From: Bacteroidota bacterium
GTDB lineage: Bacteria; Bacteroidota; Bacteroidia; 2-12-FULL-35-15
Direction of reading: 5' to 3'
Assembly: GCA_003151815.1 (NCBI GenBank)
Contig: PLYN01000024.1
Coordinates: 19,917 to 83,916, forward strand
DNA length: 64,000 nt
The position numbers and the translations under genes were made by a program. A model generated the notes under the pieces. The model made no database searches, was not told the DNA's origin, and was given only the letters and a program-made list of their open reading frames with translations. Positions 32,741 to 43,029 of this stretch are shown one piece after another; the first letter of the stretch is position 1; every line of letters begins with the position of its first letter.

Positions 32741-34045
32741 ATGCCATCTATCTGCTTTTATTTTCAAGTACACCAACCCTTTAGAATAAGGGATTATTCT
32801 TTTTTTGATATTGGGAATTCTCATGTTTATGAGGATGATAAAAAGAATGAGGAGGTTTTAAACAAGGTAGCTGATAAATGCTATATCAAAACCAATCAAA
32901 AAATGTTGGAGCTCATTCATCGGCATCAAGGAAAATTTAAAATAAGTTATTCTTTAAGCGGAACAGCTATAGAGCAATTTGAAAAATACAGACCCGATGT
33001 TTTACAATCCTTTATTGACCTTGCAAATACAGGTTGTGTAGAATTTTTATCGGAAACATATTCCCATTCACTTAGTTTTATTTATTCTAAAAATGAATTT
33101 AAAAGGCAAGTAGAAAAACATGCGCAAGTAATTAAAAAATATTTTAATCAGGTTCCGAAAGTTTTCAGAAATACGGAATTAATTTACAATAATGAATTGG
33201 CTTCATTTATTGAAGGTATGGGTTATAAAGGCATAATATGCGAAGGTGTCGACAGATTGCTCAATGGTAGAACTCCCAATTTTCTATATCAGCCGGTTGG
33301 AGCGAAAAATGTAAAATTATTATTAAAGAACTATACCCTATCAGATGATATTGCTTTTAGATTTTCCGATAAAGGCTGGAAAGAATTTCCATTAACGGCA
33401 GATAAATTTAAAAACTGGGTGCATGATGTTGCCGGCAACGGTGAAACGGTGAATTTGTTCATGGACTATGAAACCTTTGGTGAACACCAATGGGAGTCAA
33501 CAGGAATTTTTAATTTCCTGGATCAGCTTCCCACTGAAATTTTAAAACATCCCGACTTTGATTTTAAAACTCCTTCTGAAGTTATTGACTCTTATCCTGC
33601 AAGAGAAGTTTATGATGCACACGATTTTACTTCATGGGCAGACACGGAAAGAGACCTTTCTGCCTGGTTAAGCAATTCCATGCAAAAGGAATCCATTCAA
33701 CGAATTTATTCTATTGAAAAAGATATATTGGCTTGTGGAGATCCTTCATTATTAAAGGTATGGGAACGACTTCAAACATCAGATCATTATTATTATATGT
33801 GTACCAAATTTTGGAACGATGGAGATGTACATAAATATTTCAGTCCTTTTGATTCACCTTATGATGCCTATATGTATTTTATGAATGTGTTCAGCGATTT
33901 AGAATGTTCATTGAAAGAGTTGCGCCTATCTAAAGAAAAGGCAGACAAAAAATCAAAAAAAATCGACCAACTGGCAGACATCTTAGCGTTTGGGAAGGAA
34001 GTAAAAATTAAACCGGTTAAAAAAAATAAATTGATATTGAATTAA
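32741..34045 (+). CDS. Glycoside hydrolase family 57 (alpha-amylase-like)
   Basis: YFQVHQP, ETYSHSL, FRNTELIY, LSDDIAFRF, MDYETFGEH, LQTSDHYYYM. Confidence 0.92.
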   Translation: MPSICFYFQVHQPFRIRDYSFFDIGNSHVYEDDKKNEEVLNKVADKCYIKTNQKMLELIHRHQGKFKISYSLSGTAIEQFEKYRPDVLQSFIDLANTGCVEFLSETYSHSLSFIYSKNEFKRQVEKHAQVIKKYFNQVPKVFRNTELIYNNELASFIEGMGYKGIICEGVDRLLNGRTPNFLYQPVGAKNVKLLLKNYTLSDDIAFRFSDKGWKEFPLTADKFKNWVHDVAGNGETVNLFMDYETFGEHQWESTGIFNFLDQLPTEILKHPDFDFKTPSEVIDSYPAREVYDAHDFTSWADTERDLSAWLSNSMQKESIQRIYSIEKDILACGDPSLLKVWERLQTSDHYYYMCTKFWNDGDVHKYFSPFDSPYDAYMYFMNVFSDLECSLKELRLSKEKADKKSKKIDQLADILAFGKEVKIKPVKKNKLILN

Positions 34046-34055
34046 ATAAATTATT

Positions 34056-36866
34056 ATGAAAAAAAAGCTACTTGTAAGTTTGTGTTTATTAGCTATCTCA
34101 AATATTGTATCTTCTCAGAATTTACTTTGGTCAAAAAAAATAGAGCAGTCCACTGTTTGTGTAAGCAAAGGTTTAATGACTGATAAAAATGGAATTGTGT
34201 ATTCGTATGGATCGAGAAGTCTTGACAATAATCAAAATCCTGCAACTCCACCTTTAAATGATACTTCAGGATCATTCTTACAAAGTTATTCGACTAATGG
34301 AGCCTTGCTTTTTTCAAAAAGGTGGGTAATTCCTTTTTATATTGAGAAGATGGAATATGATGGAAATCTAAACATTTATTTTTCCGGAACATTTATTGGT
34401 ACTCAGATAATTGATGGAATTACAATTGTAAGCGAGGGTAATTTGGATGGTGTTACAGGTAAGATGGATCTAACAGGTCATATCCTTTGGATGAAAACTT
34501 TTGGTGGAAGTGGTGGAGATAGAGGGAATGGGATTTGTTTTAATTCAGCAGATAACAGTGTTTATGCAACCGGAGATATCAGAGATACTTTATCTCTAAA
34601 TAATTCTTTTGTATCCATCAATCAACAATCGGCAATTATTGTGCATTATTCTTCAACCGGAACTTTCATCAATCACAAGTTATATGATTTTGTATCAAAC
34701 AGAAATTTGGGAAATATTAATTCGGGAAGAGAGATTTGCAAAGATCAATCAGGAAATTTTTTCTTATTGATGGATCGCGATGGTCAAACGCCACTTTCGA
34801 TTGCGAGTACACAAGACACTGTTACCGGTCCGATAATGGGAAGGTATGTCATAAAATTAAATTCTAATTTAGATACTGTTTGGTCAACTTATATCATTGG
34901 GCCAGCAGCTTATTACGGATGGGACTGCAAAGATTTAAGGGCAGCAGCGAATGGCGATGTTTATATTGCCTGGGAAGGTAATGGTAAATATGGAGGCGAT
35001 GCATACTTATCGAGATTGAATGGAAGCACAGGACAAATAAACTGGAATTACCATAATCAAGATGGATCCTATGCTGATCTGTTTATTGATGTTAACACTG
35101 TTTATCTTATTGGTAATGAAGGTGCAAATGGTTGTCCTTGCCAAGACAACAACGCAGGTTATTATGTGCTGAAGAAATTTGATTCTAATAACGCACTTTT
35201 AGGAGAAACAAGATTTTCAAATGTTTATTTAAATAGTATTACGAAAGACGTATCCGGAAATCTGTTTGTGACCGGTAATTTTAGTGAAAAAACAGTGATT
35301 ATCGGGAAGGATACGTTATCGGGAGACATCGACACCTTATTTTCTCCGGGATTACCTCGTTATTACGGAAGATTTCTCACTAAATTAAGTGATATTAATT
35401 GTATTGCTCCGATTATTTCTGTTTCTGTTCCTATCTCATCCAGCGGAGGACAGTCTTATCCGCTTTGTTCTGGTAATGCGGCTACTTTAACAGTAAATTT
35501 AACTCAAGGAACTTTTGTCTGGTCCAATGGTGTTACAGGCACTCACACGGATGTTACCGTTACAGGTTTTTATTCTGTTATAAATACTCAAGCCAGTGGC
35601 TGCATAGCATATTCTCTACCTGTGGATATAGAAGTTAACGGTGTTACTCCGGGAGCAATTTTCGGAAATACAACAATATGTTCAGGGACTATAAATACAT
35701 ATAGCATTACTCCCGTGAACGGTGCATCAGATTACACATGGACATTGCCACCGGGATGGACAGGCACTTCGACATCAAATAAAATTAACGCAACAGCAAG
35801 CACAACAAGTGGAAACATTAGTGTTACAGAAAACAATATATGTGGTACATCCGCTGCCCGAACGTTTAGCGTTACCGTTGGGGCTACTTCTATTGCCACT
35901 CCGGGATCAATTTCCGGAAATACTACCGTGTGTTCAGGAAGCTCGAATACATATAGCATAACTGCTGTTAGCGATGCATCATCTTATATCTGGACAATTC
36001 CTTCAGGATGGACAGGCTCTTCCACAACCAATTTAATTAATACAACTGCAAGCACAACAAGCGGAATCATTACCGTTAAAGGAACAAGCAGCTGCGGTAC
36101 ATCTGCTTCCCGAACATTTAATGTTAACATTAATGCTGCATCCTCCGGCACACCGAGAGTAATTTCAGGAGATGCAACGGTATGCTTCGGGAGTTCAAAT
36201 ACATATAGTATTAATGCTATAAACAGCTCATCGTCTTTTATATGGACCTTGCCTTCAGGATGGAGCGGCTCTTCCACATCAACTTCAATTAACACTACAG
36301 CAGGCGCAACAAGCGGAAATATCAGCGTTACTGAAAACGGACTTTGTGGTGTGTACACGCCTAAAACAATTACAGTTCAGGCTATTGATAATACGGTTAC
36401 TCAAACAGGAGATACTTTAACCGCTAATATGAATAATGCAACTTATCAATGGATCGATTGCAGTAATAATGCAACGATTACGAATGCAACAAATCAAGAT
36501 TTTATTCCATCTGCTTCCGGTACATACGCCGTTATCATCACGAAAAATAGTTGTATGGATACTTCCGCATGTAACAATTTTGTAATGACAGGAATTGTAA
36601 ATGTTTCGGTAGCAACTGAGTTTTCTGTCTTTCCAAATCCTACAGACAATTTCATTAATATTAATTATAAAAGCAATGAATTAAATGGTGGTTTTTCTTT
36701 AGAAATAAAAAATATACTGGGACAAACTGTTTATGCATCAGCTATCTCATCATTTCAAGGAGAATATAAAAATGCTATTGATTTAAGTAAAGAGCATTCA
36801 GGAATTTATTTTGTGCAAATAATTGCCGGCGGAAAAACAATAGTGAAAAAGATTATTTTGAATTAA
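34056..36866 (+). CDS. T9SS-secreted protein: beta-propeller, PKD/Ig-like repeats and CTD
   Basis: Signal peptide; 'W.KTFGGSGGDRG' blades; three 'ISG.TTVC.GS.NTYSI...YIWT.P.GW' repeats; FPNP CTD. Confidence 0.75.
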   Translation: MKKKLLVSLCLLAISNIVSSQNLLWSKKIEQSTVCVSKGLMTDKNGIVYSYGSRSLDNNQNPATPPLNDTSGSFLQSYSTNGALLFSKRWVIPFYIEKMEYDGNLNIYFSGTFIGTQIIDGITIVSEGNLDGVTGKMDLTGHILWMKTFGGSGGDRGNGICFNSADNSVYATGDIRDTLSLNNSFVSINQQSAIIVHYSSTGTFINHKLYDFVSNRNLGNINSGREICKDQSGNFFLLMDRDGQTPLSIASTQDTVTGPIMGRYVIKLNSNLDTVWSTYIIGPAAYYGWDCKDLRAAANGDVYIAWEGNGKYGGDAYLSRLNGSTGQINWNYHNQDGSYADLFIDVNTVYLIGNEGANGCPCQDNNAGYYVLKKFDSNNALLGETRFSNVYLNSITKDVSGNLFVTGNFSEKTVIIGKDTLSGDIDTLFSPGLPRYYGRFLTKLSDINCIAPIISVSVPISSSGGQSYPLCSGNAATLTVNLTQGTFVWSNGVTGTHTDVTVTGFYSVINTQASGCIAYSLPVDIEVNGVTPGAIFGNTTICSGTINTYSITPVNGASDYTWTLPPGWTGTSTSNKINATASTTSGNISVTENNICGTSAARTFSVTVGATSIATPGSISGNTTVCSGSSNTYSITAVSDASSYIWTIPSGWTGSSTTNLINTTASTTSGIITVKGTSSCGTSASRTFNVNINAASSGTPRVISGDATVCFGSSNTYSINAINSSSSFIWTLPSGWSGSSTSTSINTTAGATSGNISVTENGLCGVYTPKTITVQAIDNTVTQTGDTLTANMNNATYQWIDCSNNATITNATNQDFIPSASGTYAVIITKNSCMDTSACNNFVMTGIVNVSVATEFSVFPNPTDNFININYKSNELNGGFSLEIKNILGQTVYASAISSFQGEYKNAIDLSKEHSGIYFVQIIAGGKTIVKKIILN

Positions 36867-36880
36867 ATTCGATATGCTGC

Positions 36881-36944
36881 GCTCGTTTCTCTCCTACACT
36901 CGAAATGCCCAGTGCGACGTCATTCCGAGCGATTGAGGAATCTC
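36881..36944. repeat. Degenerate REP-like palindrome (copy 1)
   Basis: gctcgtttctc..ctcgaaatg..agtgcg..gtcattccgagcg..gaggaatct; related to the copies at 37.5, 40.5 and 47.2 kb. Confidence 0.6.
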
Positions 36945-36973
36945 ATTAAAAAATGTATAAGAGTTTTCCCGAT

Positions 36974-37057
36974 AACCATTTTAATTACTCCTTAGACTAT
37001 TTTAAATCCCTTCTCAACGAATATGTAAAACGGAAACAAAATCCTTAAATATCTTTA
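36974..37057 (+). promoter_or_regulatory. Island promoter P6
   Basis: AACCATT (36974), GACTATT (36995), AACGAAT (37016), TATCTTTA (37050-37057). Confidence 0.7.
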
Positions 37058-37077
37058 TAAAAATAATTAGGGCTATC

Positions 37078-37464
37078 ATGAAAAATAAAAATCAATTACC
37101 TTTTATGTATTATGAATTAATTAACAAAAAATTATTCCTTCTTCTGTTAATAGTGATTCTATTTATAGCATTAAAATCAAATGCTCAAACCGTTTCATCT
37201 CCAAAAAATATTGATGAAGTTGAAGTTGTAAGTGATGAGTTAAATAATAAAATGAATATAGAATTTAGCACAGAAAAGGAAATATATAATTTGTTGGTTT
37301 TAATTACAGATAGTCTTGGGCAAACTGTTTTCCTTGATAATCGTTATCGTTTTAAAGGAGATTATAAGCATAGTATTGACTTTAAAAACTATAATAAAGG
37401 ACCGTATTCAATTAAAATAATTGGTGATAATGAAAAGATCATTAAAAAAGTTGATGTAAAATAA
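37078..37464 (+). CDS. Small secreted protein consisting of a signal peptide plus a T9SS-CTD-like/DUF3244-like domain
   Basis: 128 aa; signal peptide ending SNA-Q; 'ITDSLGQTVF...IDF...KGPYSIKI...IKKV'. Confidence 0.65.
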   Translation: MKNKNQLPFMYYELINKKLFLLLLIVILFIALKSNAQTVSSPKNIDEVEVVSDELNNKMNIEFSTEKEIYNLLVLITDSLGQTVFLDNRYRFKGDYKHSIDFKNYNKGPYSIKIIGDNEKIIKKVDVK

Positions 37465-37510
37465 TACCATTTGTAAATATATTTTAGTCTAATATTTAAC
37501 GCTAACACAC

Positions 37511-37566
37511 TTTCTCGACTACGCTCGAAATGACAGTGCGCAGTCATTTCGAGCGTAGTCGAGAAA
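37511..37566. repeat. REP-like perfect palindrome (copy 2)
   Basis: TTTCTCGACTACGCTCGAAATGAC-agtgcgca-GTCATTTCGAGCGTAGTCGAGAAA, a 24-bp perfect stem. Confidence 0.9.
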
Positions 37567-37666
37567 CGAGCGTGGCATTGCAACATCAGACTATTTTGAA
37601 TGTATAATTGAAATAAGTTGTTTTATTTCTGACGATTCGATAAAAATTATTAAATATTGTCTAAAC

Positions 37667-40450
37667 ATGAAAATAAAAGTACACAGATATTTGAAAATAT
37701 TTTTAGTTTGTCTTTCATTTAGTTTATCTATACATAATTCATTCGGACAACTTTTAAAATCAATTGTATATGATTTTGATGGCTTAGATATAAATCAGAC
37801 AGATTTGCCGGAAGGAGATTATTCGGCATTAGATCTTAGCTACAAGGTTGCTGCAAATCCTCTTCCGGCAAACGATATGATAGGTGATCGGGTTTTAAAA
37901 TTGAACCTTGTATGGAATAATGGGTATGGCACTTTTGGACGGGGGATTTCTCGTTTTATAGAATTTAATCCGAATACGGATATGTTTAATTTTTATTTTT
38001 ATAATCCCGTTTCAAATAATCAGAGTGCAACTTTCGATGTAGTGATCACTGATGATGACAATCAAAATAACACGTATGAAAGCGATTCTGATGATACGTG
38101 GAAAAAAAGTTTTACAGTTGCGGGTTCATCGGGTTGGCAATTATTTTCTGTTCCATTAAGTTCTTTTACCGATAGTAATACAGGAGGAAATGGAATTTTT
38201 GACATCGCTTTTACCAATAATGCCGGCATGTTGCTGATGGTCGAATTTCAATTTACCAAACCTGCTGTGGGAGTGAGCAATCCAATTTTTTATTTAGATA
38301 TGATAAATTTTTCAGATGGAAATTTACCAACAGGCTCTACAGTTTTTGATTTGCCTCCGAAAAATTCCGCTGATTATTGTCGACTTGGTGCTTTTCAAGA
38401 TAATCCTCGTGGACAGGAATATTTAATTCCTTCACAGGTAGAAAGTTTATTTCCTGTTGTATCAGGGAAAAAATTAAAGTACGCAAACTATTTTCTTGAT
38501 TTTGCTTATGATGGAACCACTGTCGCAAAAGAATTGCCCGGAGTTGAAGTTCAGAATTTAATAACTAATGGTTACCGACCCATCATTACCTGGGAACCGA
38601 TGTTTCAAGGCTATGATAGATTAGATCCAAAGCAACCACGATTAAATAATATTATTAATGGTGATTACAATTCCTATATAGATCAATTTGCAGATAAAAT
38701 AAAATCATATACCGATACTGTCATTATTCGGTTTATGCATGAGTTTGAAGGTAATTGGTATTCATGGTCATTATCCCAAAACGGAAATGATCCTGCGTTA
38801 TATGTTTCAGCATTCCGTACAGTAGTTGACCGTTTTCGTGCAAGAGGTGCTAGCAACGTGAAGTGGATGTGGTGTGTCAATTCTGATTATTTTCCATACC
38901 AGTCTTACAACTGGATTGTTCCGGCATATCCCGGTGATAATTATGTGGATATTATCGCCAATGATATTTATAATAATCATTATCCTACTGATTTACCTTG
39001 GTGGAGATCTTTCAGATGGCAAATGACTGAAAGTTATTATTACCTCACCAAATATTTTCCTCAAAAGCCTTTGTACATGTGCGAATTGGGTTGTAGAGAG
39101 AGAAAAAGTACTGAAGATACAACATCGGAAAGCAAAGGTGCTTGGTTTGCAAGAATGGATAAAGAATTGCAATCGAATTATCATAAAACAAGGGCATTGA
39201 TTTTTTTTAATGCTGCTCCTGATCAAAATTGGTTTATTAATTCATCAACTTCAGCATTACAATCTCTCACTGATAATATTTGGGGAGATGATTATTATTT
39301 TGGAATAGCAAATACCAATGCTCCTCCTGCTATTACTACTCAACCAGTTAACAAAACAGTTTCACAAGGACAATCCGCAACATTCAATGTTGCGGCATCG
39401 GGAGCAGCGCCTCTTACTTATCAATGGCAAAAAAACGGCGTTAATATTTCCGGCGCTAATGCGGCTTCTTATACAATAAATAGTGTACAATCGGCTGATG
39501 CCGGATCATACAGAGCAATCGTAACTAATAGTTTTAGCAATGCCACAAGTAATGCCGCGACTCTTACTGTAAGCGCCACTGTTACTTGCACTCCACCACC
39601 AGCACCCACAGGAGCCAATGCCACTATATGCGCTAACAAAACCGCTAATTTATCAGCAACCGGAACAGGCACTTTAGGTTGGTACAGTCAAGCCGTAGCA
39701 GGTAATTATTTAGGAGGGGGAGCAAATTACACCACACCAATATTAACTACAAATACTACATATTATGTTCAAGATAGTACCTGTGCAGTAAGTTCAACGC
39801 GCAAAGCAGTGCTTGTTACAGTATTGCAAACTACAACAAGTAGTCAAACAGATACAATTTGTGCAGGACAAAATTTAGCAGTTGGTACTCACACATACTC
39901 TGTTAGTGGCACATATCTCGATACATTAACAGCAGTCAGCACTTGTGATAGCATAGTTACTACTCACTTAACTGTATCAACAGCTACCAACTGTGTACCT
40001 ACTACACCAATAATTACTTTGAATGGAACAACCTTAACATCAAGTTCAACAACTGGTAATCAATGGTATTTCAATGGAAATATTATTACAGGAGCGACAG
40101 CACAAAACTATACTGCTACACAAAATGGAAATTACATTGTTAAAGTTAATGGTTCGGCTACTTCTGCACCATATAGTGTAACAACCACAACAGGTATTGT
40201 TGAAAATAGTTTTGCAAGTACAATAAATATTTATCCTAATCCTTTTTCTTCATCAACCACCATTGCATTTGCTCAAGAGCAAAAAAAAACCACCATAAAA
40301 ATAATGGATGTGTTGGGTTGTGAAATAAGAGCAATATACTTTACAGGAACACAATGTGTAATAGAAAAAGGAGAAATGAAGGAAGGGATTTATTTTGTGC
40401 AAATAATTGCAGATAGAAAAATAATAGTTAAAAAAATTATTTTGAATTAA
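37667..40450 (+). CDS. Secreted GH26-family hydrolase with N-terminal CBM-like domain, Ig domains and T9SS CTD
   Basis: IITWEP, IRFMHEFEGNWYSW (acid/base), YPGDNYVDII, MCELG (nucleophile); N-terminal 'GWQLFSVPLSSF...FYLD' CBM-like domain; ITTQP Ig domain; YPNP CTD. Confidence 0.85.
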   Translation: MKIKVHRYLKIFLVCLSFSLSIHNSFGQLLKSIVYDFDGLDINQTDLPEGDYSALDLSYKVAANPLPANDMIGDRVLKLNLVWNNGYGTFGRGISRFIEFNPNTDMFNFYFYNPVSNNQSATFDVVITDDDNQNNTYESDSDDTWKKSFTVAGSSGWQLFSVPLSSFTDSNTGGNGIFDIAFTNNAGMLLMVEFQFTKPAVGVSNPIFYLDMINFSDGNLPTGSTVFDLPPKNSADYCRLGAFQDNPRGQEYLIPSQVESLFPVVSGKKLKYANYFLDFAYDGTTVAKELPGVEVQNLITNGYRPIITWEPMFQGYDRLDPKQPRLNNIINGDYNSYIDQFADKIKSYTDTVIIRFMHEFEGNWYSWSLSQNGNDPALYVSAFRTVVDRFRARGASNVKWMWCVNSDYFPYQSYNWIVPAYPGDNYVDIIANDIYNNHYPTDLPWWRSFRWQMTESYYYLTKYFPQKPLYMCELGCRERKSTEDTTSESKGAWFARMDKELQSNYHKTRALIFFNAAPDQNWFINSSTSALQSLTDNIWGDDYYFGIANTNAPPAITTQPVNKTVSQGQSATFNVAASGAAPLTYQWQKNGVNISGANAASYTINSVQSADAGSYRAIVTNSFSNATSNAATLTVSATVTCTPPPAPTGANATICANKTANLSATGTGTLGWYSQAVAGNYLGGGANYTTPILTTNTTYYVQDSTCAVSSTRKAVLVTVLQTTTSSQTDTICAGQNLAVGTHTYSVSGTYLDTLTAVSTCDSIVTTHLTVSTATNCVPTTPIITLNGTTLTSSSTTGNQWYFNGNIITGATAQNYTATQNGNYIVKVNGSATSAPYSVTTTTGIVENSFASTINIYPNPFSSSTTIAFAQEQKKTTIKIMDVLGCEIRAIYFTGTQCVIEKGEMKEGIYFVQIIADRKIIVKKIILN

Positions 40451-40464
40451 ATTTGATATGCCGC

Positions 40465-40554
40465 GCTCGTTTCTCGATGGAGTTTATCCAGAGCGAAGCC
40501 GAAGGGCTCGAAATGACAGTGCGCCGTCATTTCGAGCGTAGTCGAGAAACGAGC
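40465..40554. repeat. REP-like palindrome with nested insert (copy 3)
   Basis: GCTCGTTTCTCGA[tggagtttatccagagcgaagccgaagg]GCTCGAAATGAC-agtgcgcc-GTCATTTCGAGCGTAGTCGAGAAACGAGC. Confidence 0.85.
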
Positions 40555-40623
40555 ATTCTGCGTTGAAGCAAACATATCGGGAATTGTGTTAGATTTTAAA
40601 TATTAGAAAAAATATATTTACCA

Positions 40624-41484
40624 ATGATTTTAATTGCAGATAGTGGTTCTACTAAAACAGATTGGATTCTAACGGATGAAAACAAAAATAAAACCCGTTA
40701 TAGTACCGTTGGCTATAATCCCTATTTTATAGATTCGGAAAGCATTTATGATTCTATTACTCTTAAATTAAAATCTCAATTGGATGGAGCAACAGTAAAA
40801 AAGGTTTTTTTTTATGGCGCAGGTTGTTCAACTCCGGAAAAAGTAGCTATTGTTTATAATGCATTATCCAAATGTTTTCCCAATTCAGAAGTATTTGTTG
40901 AACATGATCTGTTAGGTGCTGCCAAAGCTTTATTGGGAGATAACAGAGGTTTTGCCGCTATCATCGGTACGGGTTCCAATACCTGTATTTATAATGGGAT
41001 CGGAATTGTAAAAAATATTGATTCATTGGGATACCTTCTTGGTGATGAAGGAAGTGGTAGTTATATTGGAAAAAAAATTGTCAAGGATTTTATGAGAGGT
41101 TATATGCCTCCGGAATTGTTCGATAAATTTAGTAAGACCTATCAACTTAGTAACGAAGATATTTTTGATTCAATATATCATACAACATTTCCTAATCGTT
41201 TTCTGGCAAGCTTTTGCAAGTTTGCTGACGAAAATAAGGAACATGAATATATAAAAAATATTGTGAGAGAATCATTCAATGATCTTTTTAAAAATTTGGT
41301 GAGCAGGTATCCCGGCTATGAAAAATATAACTTTAATTGTGTTGGATCGGTAGGTTATATATTTAAGGACATATTAAAAGAAGTTGCCAAATCATATAAA
41401 ATGGAAATAGGTAAAATGATATCTTCTCCTATCGAAGATTTAGTAAACTATCATTTCAATCAAAAAACAATAATTAAAAAATAA
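40624..41484 (+). CDS. BadF/BcrA-type sugar (N-acetylglucosamine/hexose) kinase
   Basis: IADSGSTKTDW, FYGAGC, IGTGSN, LGDEGSG motifs. Confidence 0.85.
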   Translation: MILIADSGSTKTDWILTDENKNKTRYSTVGYNPYFIDSESIYDSITLKLKSQLDGATVKKVFFYGAGCSTPEKVAIVYNALSKCFPNSEVFVEHDLLGAAKALLGDNRGFAAIIGTGSNTCIYNGIGIVKNIDSLGYLLGDEGSGSYIGKKIVKDFMRGYMPPELFDKFSKTYQLSNEDIFDSIYHTTFPNRFLASFCKFADENKEHEYIKNIVRESFNDLFKNLVSRYPGYEKYNFNCVGSVGYIFKDILKEVAKSYKMEIGKMISSPIEDLVNYHFNQKTIIKK

Positions 41485-41489
41485 AAAGA

Positions 41490-42914
41490 ATGACAAAAAT
41501 TAAATTCGGAACCGATGGTTGGCGCGCTATAATAGCCAAAGACTTCACAGTTGATAATGTTGCAAGAGTTGCTGAGGCAACCGCACAATGGCTTTTAAAG
41601 AATTATGCGCAACCATCGGTAGTGTTGGGTCATGATAGCAGGTTTGGAGGAGAGTTATTCGCTGAAACTACAGGTAAGGTATTATGTAATCATGGCATTA
41701 AAGTTTATTTAGCCAAAGGTTTGGTATCAACTCCTATGATATCTCTGGGCACACTGAGGAAACAAGCCGATATTGGAATTATCATTACTGCAAGTCATAA
41801 TCCACCATCTTACAATGGTTTTAAAATAAAAGGTTTTTATGGTGGTCCTTTGCTTCCGGAGAAAATTGAAGAGATAGAAACATTGATCCCTGAAAAGAAT
41901 CTGATTGACATTGATAAATTAAATTTAAAAGATTTTAAGGATCAGGGTCTTTTGGAAAATATTGATCTGGAAACAATGTATTGTAATCATGTTGAAGATA
42001 ACTTCGATCTTGAAACCATTCGTAAATCAGGACTTCGTTTGGGTTATGATGCTATGTATGGTGCAGGGCAAAATGTAATAAAACGTTTACTGCCCGAAAC
42101 AACGATGCTTCATTGTGATGATAATCCTTCTTTTCACGGTCAGGCACCGGAACCTATTCATAAAAATTTACAGGAATTTTCTACGTTAATTAAAACATCG
42201 AAAAATATTGATTGTGGTTTAGCTACCGATGGAGATGCTGACAGAATAGGTTTGTATGATAGTGAAGGAAATTTTATAGACTCTAACCATATTATTTTAT
42301 TGTTGATCAAATATTTATATGAGCAAAAAGGAATGAGAGGCAAAGTAGTTACTGCTTTTTCGGTTAGTCCGAAGATTGGTAAGATGTGTAAATATTTAGG
42401 TTTAGAGCAAGAGGTAACGAAGATCGGTTTTAAATATATTGCAAGCATCATGATCTCAGAAGATGTATTATTGGGCGGAGAAGAGTCGGGAGGTATTGCC
42501 ATCAAAGGCCATATTCCTGAACGGGATGGAATATGGATCGGCTTAACGATCTTGGAATACATGGCGAAATCAGGGAAATCATTGCAAGAGCTTATAAAGG
42601 ATGTATATGCTATTGTAGGACCTTTTGCATTTGAACGCTCAGATCTGCATTTGGAAGAAGAACTTAAAAATGAGATCGTAGAAAATTGTAAAAATAATGT
42701 GTACAAAAATTTTGGCGATTACAAAGTACTAAAAGTAGAAACTACAGATGGCTTTAAGTATTTTTTCAATGATGATGAATGGTTGATGATCCGTGCTTCA
42801 GGAACAGAACCTGTTCTGAGAAATTATGCAGAATCCAGCACATCGGAAAAAACCTTTGCAATTTTAAAAGCTGCCGAGAAAACATTGCTAAAGAAAGTTG
42901 CAGAAGTGATTTAG
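41490..42914 (+). CDS. Phosphoglucomutase/phosphomannomutase family protein
   Basis: FGTDGWR, ITASHNP (phospho-Ser), DGDADR, GEESGG, RASGTEP. Confidence 0.92.
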   Translation: MTKIKFGTDGWRAIIAKDFTVDNVARVAEATAQWLLKNYAQPSVVLGHDSRFGGELFAETTGKVLCNHGIKVYLAKGLVSTPMISLGTLRKQADIGIIITASHNPPSYNGFKIKGFYGGPLLPEKIEEIETLIPEKNLIDIDKLNLKDFKDQGLLENIDLETMYCNHVEDNFDLETIRKSGLRLGYDAMYGAGQNVIKRLLPETTMLHCDDNPSFHGQAPEPIHKNLQEFSTLIKTSKNIDCGLATDGDADRIGLYDSEGNFIDSNHIILLLIKYLYEQKGMRGKVVTAFSVSPKIGKMCKYLGLEQEVTKIGFKYIASIMISEDVLLGGEESGGIAIKGHIPERDGIWIGLTILEYMAKSGKSLQELIKDVYAIVGPFAFERSDLHLEEELKNEIVENCKNNVYKNFGDYKVLKVETTDGFKYFFNDDEWLMIRASGTEPVLRNYAESSTSEKTFAILKAAEKTLLKKVAEVI

Positions 42915-42936
42915 TGATCTCAAATAAAATTATCAT

Positions 42937-42971
42937 AAAAAAATATCGTTCTTTAAGGACGATATTTTTTT
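42937..42971. terminator. Bidirectional intrinsic terminator
   Basis: AAAAAATATCGTTC-ttaa-GGACGATATTTTTTT between convergent operons. Confidence 0.8.
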
Positions 42972-43029
42972 GTGTTAAAAATTTTTATAGAAGTATATTT
43001 ACCAAGTTATATATGCCTTAGGAAATTTA

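Noticed and set aside
37589-37637. Possible eleventh regulon site before the GH26 gene (GACTATT at 37589, GACGATT at 37631)
   Set aside because: The boxes are 42 bp apart with no middle box, and there is no -7 box at the expected distance.
42158-42706. 182-aa antisense ORF and the other short shadow ORFs (e.g. 5335-5697, 20417-20791, 35984-36358, 52469-52825, 55686-56096)
   Set aside because: They overlap well-supported genes on the opposite strand or in another frame and show no recognisable motifs.
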